Assembly (NCBI GenBank): GCA_025786725.1 | Contig: JAHLTZ010000001.1 | Span: 682,001-746,000 of the forward strand | Length of the DNA stretch: 64,000 nt | Reading direction: 5' to 3' | DNA from: Syncephalis fuscata S228 | Lineage: Eukaryota > Fungi > Zoopagomycota | Shown here: positions 1 through 11,705 of the stretch, in pieces | Position numbering within the stretch: the stretch's first letter is position 1 | Layout: every line of letters begins with the position of its first letter | Made by a program: the position numbers and the translations under genes | The notes under the pieces: generated by a model | Databases searched by the model: none | Seen by the model: only the letters and a program-made list of their open reading frames with translations | Told to the model about the DNA's origin: nothing

Positions 1-222
1 TTACATCATAGACATATTTATTAAAGTATGTTACTGCTTGAATATACAACACTAGATAATGCTGTATATCAGGTTTGCAGATTAAAGTGGCCAAACGCTG
101 CATTTTTAAATACAACGTACAAAACTAAATCATTTACATAGCATTTCTATTTATAGTGCTATTTAAAGATTAATTATATACTTTTATTGTTAATAAATTG
201 TTGTCAATTCAGCGATAAACAG

Positions 223-3200
223 TTACGGTCGGGGTAGACCAAGCTCAGCCAATAATGCTTGCTGATCCGATTGTGACATGGCTTTAATGGCTTGTGCTAA
301 TCCTTGCATAGCCGCCACATGATTCTCTTGTACAAGCATCGCCGTCTGATGGCGAATACAATTGGATCGTACACTAGCTTGGCAATGCTCGATTGCTGCT
401 TGACCAGCTGATGATTCAAGCCATTCGGCAACATAGTATCATCGTATGGGTATCACTTGACAGTGATTGTCACACATGGTCTTTTGTAGCATTTTAACAG
501 CTTGTGCGCGTGATAAATCACCATCTGCTGACCGCAATTGTGTGTAGGCTCGTTCTTCGCCAATCGGCGGCGTAGACGCCAGTAGAAGTAGCGACGAGCA
601 TTCTGCCATTTCAGCACTTTACGAATAACACCCTTGGCCAACATACGGCCAGGTGTATCGTGTAAATCGGCAAACTGCAACGCTACTTGTCGATAAACCG
701 GTGCCAGTTCACGTTCACGGGCATCCAATAATTCTTTAGCTTCAGCTCGTTGGGCCGTTGACAGTGTAAGATCATCAAGTTGTCGTTTATGTTCGCGGAA
801 TGGCGTATCCAATCGCTGCATTACATTGACATCTGATTACGACGGAACTTAACATCAACAATGCCTTCAGGTTCAAGTATACCGGCTCGACTTGCTTCAT
901 CGGCGTACATTTCCATATAATCTGGATTAATGGTTGGATCAAGTACGACCCAGGCTCCACCTCGTAATTCACCATTAGGAATGATGTAAACAAAGATGGG
1001 TGGCGATAGGCTACAAGTGCATCGACGATAAATGAGCCATATTTCAATATCTCGTTAAACATATCGCGTTGACCACCACTAAATCCACGCCAATTAGCAA
1101 ATATAATTAATGGCAATTGTTCGCCATTATTAAAGTCACGAATGGCTTGTGCAGTCTTATAAGCCGAGTTTGGATACCAAACTTGACCCGGCTCGCTTGT
1201 ACTTGTTCTTCTGAATTAGCATTTGCCGGATCAGCTGGAATAATACGTTCACCGGTACGAGATTCAACGGAAATCACACCCACTGGAATACCACCTAGAC
1301 GTGCTCGACCCACCACCTAATTAATAGTAATTAATTAGCTAATTAGCTACCATTACACCAATAAATACTTTTATATATATACTTACCACACTACGAGCCC
1401 ATCCGACTAACGTTTCCATAAATGAATCACGATCAAAGAATCCACCTAACCAATGCTGTTCTCGCTATGTTCATCACTTGACATTTTACCAGCCAGTAGT
1501 AAGCGTGGATCATAAGGTGTAGTCGATGGCTCCACTTCAATATCGCGATCAACTGGATCAAAGTTATACAACCAAATAGGTAGAGGCGCATCACGCTGTC
1601 GCGGTACATATGATAACCAACGCATAATACGATTGATACCGTGCAAATCATGTTCAGCTACTAAATGGGCCACACCATTTTTATGCATGATTTGTGTACC
1701 ACCTAATTGCAGATTAGATGCATATACTTCACGACCCAGTACTTTATTAAGAGCCGATGCACCCGTCAATAAAATAGGTTGTCCTTGATTTTGAATGACA
1801 CGCTGCCCCAGTCGTACCAAATAGGCACCAATACCTAATAAATATGATAAATATTATAAACAATACAGTTAATGTAGTCAAATATTTAACTTACCAACTG
1901 ATCGACAAGTTACTAGACTAATTGTGAAGATATCTTCATAGGCCCGTGATGTATCGCCAGCAATTTGGCCTGATCCTTTAGATTCTCCACGCCTAGACCA
2001 TCAACAAGTCCAACAATATCGGTAATACGATAGCGTACTCTATCCTCTACTTCGCCTTCTATATCCCCTGACAAAGCAATACGCTCAGCAATTACTGGTG
2101 GAGATGACGCATCACTGCCTTTTTGCATTAATTGCTGATAATCTTCTTCTGTCAAATAAAGATAGTCAAAACCTTCAGCTGGATCTTGTGGATTAGACCA
2201 GGCCACTTGGATCTTTGCCAATACTTCATCGGCCAAACCAATACGGGCGCCTGAATTGGCCGATAAGTAGATACGAGGCAATCCACGCTGACGGGCCAGT
2301 TCAGTTGCTTTTGAAAATACTCGATCTTCTTCAACAGCAAATGAGCCCGATTGGAAGGTAATATCATTGGCAATAACCACGGCATCTCTTCCCTCTGGAT
2401 ATTCAGGTGTAAACATGGTAAATAGCCAGGTTACCATACCGCAACTATTGGTACCTATGATTAATCGTTAATTAATGGTTTGTATTAATCAACACCTATA
2501 TACTTACCAGGTGGTCGACATATTTGTTCTAGTTGGCCATGTTCATTCAATATTAATTCTTGTACATTAATTAATTCACGTGGCATCTTAATTGATTTAT
2601 CCTGCTTTATAACCTTATCCCATTGATGACGTATCTCTTGTTGGAATAGCTCAGGGAAGTCATAGACATAGGTGGTACCCATTACATGTGCCTTATATCG
2701 CTTGGGCTGCAACCATTCCTTCGTACGATAAGGTGCATTAATAGGCTGTAAATGAAGTGGACCCGATGAAACACATTAGGCTGCTGTTGCTGCTGTCGTT
2801 GTTGATCATGTTGTTGCAATTCCGGCTGATGATGACGGCTATTAAGCGATGAGAAAATCCATGTACCATCCAATTTACGCTTCTCCATATAAATATCCAC
2901 CTTAATAACATAGCCAGACACAGTGCTAATACAGAACCGAATAGGAATGGCTGGGCCATTAGGACTGGTTTGTACAATAAATCTAATTTCACCACCGGTT
3001 ACATGAAGTCGCCAGAGTCGTTTGCCATGTCGTTCAATGAAGTTAGTTAATGCTGTCTCTACTTCATCAGCGCCTAGTACAAATGTTGGTATAAATGAAA
3101 TAAATAAATGGTTACAATCGCTATTGGGCCGTGCACCGCTAACTACTTCGAATGCATCAAGAATATCATTAATTAAACGATCACTTTCTGATATTAAATA

Positions 3201-6200
3201 GTCGGTCGTTTGTTGACTTGATCTTACACGACCTGGTCGAACTAGAGCCCGAATAAAGAAGCGACAGTCACTCGTGTTTTCACGACCCACCGCATAGTAG
3301 ATATGCAAACGACGATTATCGAGGAAACAAGGCGTTAGTTCAAAGTTAGATAAGCGTCGTAATTCAAGCTGATAAGCTAGGCCTGGATCTAAATGACGAA
3401 TAGTTTGGTCTTCAGCAAAATCTTCATTATCGCGGAAGGTATAAACGCCCGATTGTTCTCTACCGCCTACTAGAACAAATGTGACACGGCGTACGCCATG
3501 AGCACGTAAATCGGCAGCTGATGCTTGAAGAATAGCTCTACAGCGTTCAATGACTTTTCGTCTTCAAATGGCTCACCTAGCGGTAATGGAGCAGTAATAT
3601 TGACAATATTCATTGCCACACTACTATCAGCAGGTTTTAATGGTAAATAATCTAGAACAGTCGACATTTGACCAGCAATTTCATCAAATGATAGAAATGA
3701 CACCATTAATCCACGTCTGGTTAATGCAGTTGGGGATGTAGGACCAACTAGGCTAGATAGATCGGTTTCACTATCAACGCGACGTGCATTGGCTGATCCA
3801 GATTCAGCCGATGCTGTTGATTCATCCAAGTAATTCTTACGCCAGAATTCCCATAAGAAGGCAAATGGCTTATTAGCATCAGTATGATAGGACACTTCGC
3901 CCACATCATACGCGTGATAGGCACGACGTGAATACACCTCTAATGCTGCTAAACGAATCCATGGCACTGAATGGAAAAAGAATGGACCAAGTACGTCAAA
4001 TACGTAAAAATTGGTCATTACCAAATCCTTCATCACTTCAAGTTGTGGTGTTCGGTATTCGGCATTAGCACCGTAAATGTTATCGGTAACTGATTGACGA
4101 AGTATCTGTTCCATTTGTTGCTGACGTTCCTCAAATGATGGCAATTGACCAAGAATAAGCATTTCGCGTGCTCTAATGGCTATTTTAGCAGACCGAATAC
4201 CATTTAAGTTGGCCAATTGTTTAAATATAGGCTGATACGCCTCGGCCAATACGCCATTGTCACGATCTGGCATAATAAGATCGAATAATGCTAACATTAA
4301 TTGATTCTTTGATGAAATACGTGAATGTGAAAATACTAGTGCTACCACATGATCTAAATCTTCTTTAAATTGCTCACGTAACGATAGAATAACTTCTTCA
4401 TCGCGTTTATCTGCTTCATCAAATAATTGTTCGGCAGTATAATATTTTTCAAGTAGCTGGATCATGACCGATTCTTGGAATCCATGGATGCCACGTGAAA
4501 ATCGATTAATACACTCAAGAATAGGTGCAACAGTGGCGTTCATTGCAGCAATAGTCTCGGGTGAGTAGCTGCTCCATTGTTTACGCGCTTCATCAATAGC
4601 ATGACGCAATTTAGTAGCCGGGAATGTATCAATAGATAATGGTGATACCACGCGTGATGAAGGCCCATTTGGTGTACTTGTACCACTAGATATACTACCA
4701 TGTGCTACGTGTTCCACCAGTGACAATAGCGTTGCTTCAAGCTGACCTGGTAAGCGGCCATGAAGTGTCGACATCAATTGTGAGAATTCAAGGAATGGCA
4801 CTTGAGGGTCAGCCGATAATTGAGCAAATATTCAACATTTGCTTTAACTGCACTAGGCTGGTCATATCCATCCAGAATAAGTTCCAGTACACGCTGGGCT
4901 TCTCGTAATTTCTGATGCGGCTTATCGCCATGAACACTAGCTGGACCCATGACTGGCAATTGGCCATCAAATGGCTGTGCATGTTTAACTCGACTTGGAT
5001 CGGTAAGGCTAAGTATACCAATAACATCACCTGGTGCTAATGTACTACCCGCCGGTCTAATCAACTGTACAGCCCCATCCTCGGTTACCGTTAATGGCAT
5101 ATACATCTTCATTACTTCCACTTCGGCATAAGCATCACCAGCCCGTAAATGTTCACCTTGTGCCACTAGATACCGAACAAGCTTACCCGGTGATGGTGAT
5201 CGTAATTGAGTGGGGTCCGATTCGCGTTCTAACATACAAGTACGGCCATCAATCATAACGCGCGTAGCTTGTACTTCTTCCCGCCAATACATGGTATGGC
5301 TGCGACCATTCACTAATACAAGCATGCCGCCATCTGATAAAGGACGTACGCCAATCTCCACACCACGTCCATTAATGTAAATGATATACGTATCGGGCGA
5401 TGAAGCACTAGCAATAAACCGATACTTAATGCCGGCCAAGATAATATCATCAGTAAATTCGGTACGTAGTAGATCTGCCGATGGCTGTTGACCTCGTTCA
5501 AGCGCATGTCTAAATTCAACACGTCTATCTGAAAAGGCCGAGTGTGCCCGATGTACGGCACCACACAGAACAGATAGAATTGGATCAGGTCGATCAGGTG
5601 TTAGCTGTTTAAGAATAAGCGAATCGAGCCAACCAGTATCAATACGATTCATGGAAAAGTCTTCTGTTTCCAATAAACGAATTAAATATTCAACGGTAGT
5701 ACGGAAATCACTACGGATAGATAGTTGACGCAGTGCCACAATCATATTTTTACGACTTTGAACCCGATTTTCGCCATAAGCAAAGATGTGACCAAATTGA
5801 CTATCGGCAAATTCGTGTAGACCGCCACCGCCACCGGCTACAGAAAAGTATCCCCACACATTGGTGCTACTACGAAAGTTTAATTCGTGCACCATACCGC
5901 TACTTGGTTTAAATCCAGCATCAGGATTTTCTGCAGTAATACGTACGGCAATAACGTGACCGCGTGGTGTGGGTCGTCGTTGATTATTGACGGCCTGTTG
6001 ACTATCACCTTCAAAGTCAATCTCGCTACTGCCTTGTGGTGCCACACCATAAAGTAAACGAATATCGCGAATACGATGCAATGGAATACCCATAGCCACT
6101 TGTAATTGAGCTGCTGGTAAATTGACACCAGATACCATTTCAGTCGTTGGATGTTCAACTTGTAAACGAGGATTTAATTCGAGGAAATAGTATTGGTTTG

Positions 6201-7534
6201 TTTCAGGCGCGTACAAATACTCTACAGTACCAGCGCTAACATAACCGACTAGCTTGGCCAATCGAATAGCTGCCTGTTCCATCTTTTCAAATAGATTGTC
6301 TGGCGCTATTGTCACTGGTGCTTCTTCAATAATCTTTTGATGACGACGCTGAACGGAACAGTCGCGGCCAAAAAGTGAAATAGCATTGCCGTGCTGATCG
6401 GCCAGCACTTGAACTTCAAGATGGCGTGCTGCACTGGCTAATTTCATAATAAAAATAGGCGAGCCAGGTACTTCAGCCAGTACTTGTTCATAAGCAGCAT
6501 GGAACTGTTCTTCACGATCCACTCGACGGATACCTTTACCACCGCCACCTTCGAGGCTTTAATCATTACAGGAAAGCCAATAGATGTGAACTTTCTAATC
6601 CTTGAGATTCACTGGCAATCAGTGCTTGTTGATAAACATCATCGGGTACAGATACGTGTTGATATTCATCTCGTACAATGCCCGTAATATTGTCACCACT
6701 CCATGAAAGTGTAGGTACTTGGGCTGATTGCGCAACAATTGTTGAAGATATCTTGTCACCAAGTGAACGCATAGCCGATCCTGGCGGTCCAATAAATACA
6801 ATGCCTCGTTCAGTGGCGGCCAATGATTCGGGCAGCCGTGGATTTTCTGATGCATGTCCCCAACCGGCCCTATAACAAATCAATTAGTAAATAGCAACTA
6901 TTTAATTATCAATATTATTAATAGTACTTACCAGACTGCCTATTAATCAAAAGTGTAAATTAACAAATATTAATTACATAATCAATACACGTAATAATGA
7001 TAAATAGTTGATTAGTTATTAATTAGTTAATACACATATGATTAAATATAGTTCTACTTACATGAACACCAGTCCGTTCCGCCACATCAACAATAAGATC
7101 AACATTGGCATAATTGTTATTATTAGATCCACCAGGCACTTCAACATATTGATCGGCCATTCGAATATACTCGGCATTAACTCGCAAATCCTCGGGCGTG
7201 GCCATAACTGTAAACTCAATGGCCCTTTCATCTCCAAACTGTTCATAGGCCCATTTACGCACCGAACGAATCTCCTTTACCGCAGCAATGCCATTATTTG
7301 CAATAAGCACTTTGGTAATTACCGTATGTCCACCCGATGCTTTCACGAATTCAGCCACCAAGTCTTCATTCTTTTTCTCGTGACTACCGTTGGTCGACGA
7401 GGGAGGCGAGACGTGTTTGGTAGTAGCAGTTACAGAATCTAAATGCCATTATATACATATACATATATATATATTGTATATGTTATTATATTTTATTACC
7501 TTTACAATCCTGCCAACTTACCAGTATCGCTCAT
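223..7534 (-). CDS. ACC1: Acetyl-CoA carboxylase (multi-exon, several apparent sequencing frameshifts)
   Basis: Consecutive minus-strand ORFs give the BC domain ([35 protein letters not shown]), biotin site EVMKM and CT domain ([40 protein letters not shown]). ATG at 7534 is followed by a gtaagt donor; stop TAA at 225-223. Confidence 0.97.
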
Positions 7535-8053
7535 AATGAATTAGTAATACGCCTTTTTGGCTAATAGGAATAGTACTAGTATCAACACGTACACATGCGT
7601 GTATTTTATATAAAGAATGAACGAAGACTGAACAAAGAATGAACGAAGAAAATAAACGTAGCAAATATGCTATAAATGGTCCACTGCTGCTTACGTACTT
7701 GTAAAAGTGTAGTATTGTATTGCTGCTACTGTCGTGACAACACTGTTACTTGTGCTGTTATGGTTGTTGCTATCGTAGGTAAGACAAAGTGAGCTGGAAA
7801 TTATAAGGCTGCGCTATTCTCAGTCTTTATTTATTTAATTCTCTGTGTTGGGGTATATTAATTATGCACACATAATGGGGAATTGAGTACAGACAGTGCG
7901 TGGGTATCACCGTTGTATAGATAAAGAGTTCCGGAATCGGAAATGAATAGCCGATGGTTGGGGGAAGGTAAATTTGTTTAGAAACATGGTCATTGCTATT
8001 TCATTTATTATGGTGTGAACAATATGGATATGAGTAGAAAATAGATAGAATAA

Positions 8054-9328
8054 TTAGCGTTTTTTGCCTCGATGTTCTCCTTTTACACGCCGACGTGTAG
8101 TTTGTATCGGTAAGGAGGCATCAGGTAAACGTGGCAGTGCAGTGTTATTGCGGTCATAGCAGTGCGAGTTGTAGATGAAGATTCATCTTCGGATGCTAAT
8201 TCCGACTCATCACTACTCAGCAATTCATCGGCTAAACTGCGCTTGCGCTTCACGTTGGTTGGTCCGTGATAATTGTCATTATTACCATTGTTGTTGTCAA
8301 TTACTGATGTATTATCTGTACTTGTAGACAACGCCATCGATTGTTCAGGGGCTGTTGTGGCTATGATTGTTGTCGTTGTTGTTGCTGTTTTAGGAAAAGA
8401 TGAAGGTAAGGTGGAGGTGCGACCTTGCTCCATCGCCTCAACCTATGTCCGATGTCCGTAATGTAATACGATGAGTCATTTATAAAATACTTGAAACAAA
8501 GCTACTCACCATTGGGTGTGAAGGAGTGTGAGGTGCCCATTCTGTATCTTCAAACGGTGGAGGTAGATTCATTTTATTCATTAAATGAAGTACCTGAGTA
8601 TATAGTTTAGGCACAGCTGTAATAGCAGTCATAATGTTACGTAGTGTACGTGGATTAGGTGGTGGATACAAATAATGAAGATGAGGTGGAGAAGGATAGT
8701 GAACACTATATGTATGTATTATTAGTATATATCGAATATCATTGCTAATAAAGTTACCCTAATCGAGGTGCTACAGGAGTGGCAGATAATGGTGGCGGTT
8801 GAGCCATTCCAAATCTAGAAGATACGTCAAAAGATCTGTTATGCTGATGACTATTACTATTATTGTTGTTGTTTTTATTGTTGTTATGTGTAGTTGGAGT
8901 AATCATATTACTATTACGTATATTTTGTGTTAATTAATATTTCTGATAATTAATGTATTATTATTACCTTGTTCTTGCATCGACTTGTCTAGTCGGTGGG
9001 CGTGAGTAATCTGCTCGTAAGTGTTTCCCGTGTAATTCCAAGCCGTTGATTCGATGTATAGCATCGGCCGCGGCTGATTGATTAGGAAAGCTAGCAAATG
9101 CTGTTCCTCGCTATTTGACAAGTTAAATATACGGTGTCATTTAGTTGTGAGTGCGTATATATATATATATATTACCATAGCCGGCGATTCCATAACGCGT
9201 ACTTGAAAAGCACCAAATTGCGTTAACAATTCTTGTATATCCTGCTCGGGCAACAAAGGTAGATTCCGTACAATAATTGTCGTGACCTCTTGGGTCAGGA
9301 ATGGTACATGCGTCTGAGGAGTATTCAT
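8054..9328 (-). CDS. RNPC3: RNPC3 / U11-U12 snRNP 65K-like RNA-binding protein, apparently lacking the C-terminal RRM
   Basis: N-terminal RRM start (TIIVRNLP...LLTQFGAFQVRVM) and the family motif YPPPNPRTLRNIMTAITAVPKLYTQVLHLMNKMNLPPPF, followed by an acidic SSDESELASEDE tract. Introns and frameshifts make the 3' end approximate. Confidence 0.8.
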
Positions 9329-9596
9329 GGCAATAATAAGTATACAAAAGAAATTAAAAATAAACTTTATTGTGATGAAAAATGGTTGCCATTATTTTGC
9401 CCCATTCAGTGCAATAAATCTTTTTATGCAATCAATCACAATGATTCGATTAGATTGAATTGTGTTTAAATGATCATTCACAATAAATATTAATGTAGAT
9501 AGTAACATTATCATTTTTATAAAATAAAATTGATTGTAACAGAACATTGTATTAGTAGTAATATTAAACGTTTAAATAAATAATGTAGCATACTAT

Positions 9597-9975
9597 TTAG
9601 TTTTTTTGAAACATTTGAGGCCGATTATTGTTGTTGTTGGCTATGTGTAGAAAGATTGATTGAATATTAATAAAAGCCATTGATTGCGATTCCATTTCAT
9701 TCCGCAGTTGCTATTGTTGTTACTACGTACAGTGTGGTTTCTTGCATCTGAATGATCTCTTCTATTTCCCAATCTTCTACTGTTGCATTTGGCAGATCTG
9801 CGATGTAAGATACTCGTCTATGGTGACAAAAAGGTAGAATGGCTGACATTTCTAATTTTCATCATTGTCTTGAGTATTCTTAATATCAACTTAGTAGGTG
9901 CAGTTTATTTGCCGACCATTGGTGAAGCAAATGGCCTTCATTATATGCAATAATGATAAGCTGAGTGTTTTCACC
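9597..9975 (-). mobile_element. Degenerate Fanzor/TnpB-like RuvC nuclease C-terminal relic, copy 1
   Basis: Manual minus-strand translation across about four frameshifts and one stop: LIIIAYNEGH/FASPMVGK*TAPTKLILRILK...FVTIDEYLTSQIC/KCNSRRL...NCGMKWNRNQ/MAFINIQSIFLHIANNNNNRPQMFQKN*. Confidence 0.75.
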
Positions 9976-10904
9976 AGGAAGATCTTGTGGCGACAGTTGT
10001 AACCAGAAAATACGGCATGCCGTTGAGGTTACTTGAACAGGTGTTGATGTAAAATAAAAGAAATAAAAACTAGGGATTGAATAGTGTTATTTATTCGTGT
10101 TCAAATACACATGCTATTTATATTGTTATATTCAACATTCTTATATAATATATTACTGAATAGAACAACCAAAAAAAGATAAGATGATAAGACAGTAATA
10201 AGAAAATGAGATAAAATGAGTAAATAAAAATGTGAAAGTCAAACTAAAATGATTAATTATATAAATATTTTCACATCTTTGATCAGTTATTGCGTAGCAT
10301 TCTTGACTGGTGCAGTTTTAGACTATTTTTGATAGCCAAGATGTTCTATGGTTTCGAAATATTGTGCAATCACTAATTAATTGCAATGTATATTATTAAA
10401 GTTTGTGTTTAAATCTACAGTATCTTTATCCGGGTATCAATTAGTATCGACAAAAGATAGAACTGACTCGTAGCATTTATCAAATAAACCCGTGTAATTT
10501 CTTTTTGATAGCAATGCTTAAAAGATAACAGTTACACAAAAAGGTATTACTACATTAGATTCATTTTGCTTATTTTGCACGATCTAACATGTATATATAT
10601 AAAAATGCAAATGTAACTCTAAAACATGTGCATTTCCAAATTCCACATTTGAATTTTGAATAACGGAGGCTGTTGACTCCAATCTATTTCCATGAAATGA
10701 TACCGTGGCTTCTACTCAAACACGTGTATGATATATTTATCTTGCTTCATAGTAAATATATCGACTATCACATGATGTATCCTGCTATAAACATCGGTAT
10801 TTTTAGCAAATTTATTTGTCTAACCATCGCCTCATACTTTTTTCACGTACCATTCTCTTAGAAAACACAGCCTTTTATTTAGTAATTAAACTTTTACCAT
10901 AGCC

Positions 10905-11505
10905 ATGTTTTCGATGAAATCCATTATTGCTATCACTGCTACTGCCCTTATGCTAGTATCGGCCATTCAATCTACACCTAGCTTTCCTCGTATTAATCGA
11001 ATGGATGACATTAGTAAATATTTACTCCAGGCTATCCGTTTGATTTTTCTAACAATACTATTTATCTAGCATTCATGGGATATCAAAATAACGCACCCAA
11101 TAGTCCATTCACCCAGCTTGGTATTAGATTTAAAGGGTTTCCAAAATATGCCGATAGTATGGGTTTTATAACTTCAATTATGGCTAAGGATGTCCTTTTG
11201 GATCTTTTGGCTAGTCCAGAAGTTGCAGATTATCTTAGATTCAAAGATGCAATCTCAGTTAAAGTTGCATGTCGACCAGGTTCGAAATCCGACGAAGATC
11301 TTTTTAAAAAGTACCAGGCAAGTTTTATATAAAAATAAGCATACAAAACCAATAATTATTATTAAAACAGGATCTTTACGAGCTTCATCCAAAGGATGGC
11401 GTCATAGATATTCTTGAAGGCCGAGATGGAACAAAATGTTTTATTATAGATAGGAAAACATTGGTTGAAAAATATTGGGCTAAAAAACGATCGACTAAAG
11501 AATAG
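10905..11505 (+). CDS. Small secreted protein of unknown function (3 exons: 10905-11013, 11070-11317, 11371-11505)
   Basis: Signal peptide MFSMKSIIAITATALMLVSAIQS; a GT-AG intron and a GC-AG intron join an uninterrupted frame ending ...KRSTKE*. Confidence 0.7.
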
Positions 11506-11705
11506 TACAGTATTTATAAACTTCCAGCTTTAACAATGATATTCCAATAGAAAATGGTTTTATTGATATTAAAAAATAAATGTTTTCAAAACACTTAGAA
11601 AATTTTGATATTAAATTAAAAATTGCATTTGTAAGTGAACTCAAGCACGATATATTTTATTCAGATCATAGTGTAGAGCAATCTTTTTAAACGTTTATTT
11701 ACAAT

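Noticed and set aside
7612-7648. Direct repeat aaagaatgaacgaaga x2 upstream of ACC1
   Set aside because: Two short low-complexity copies; no function can be supported.
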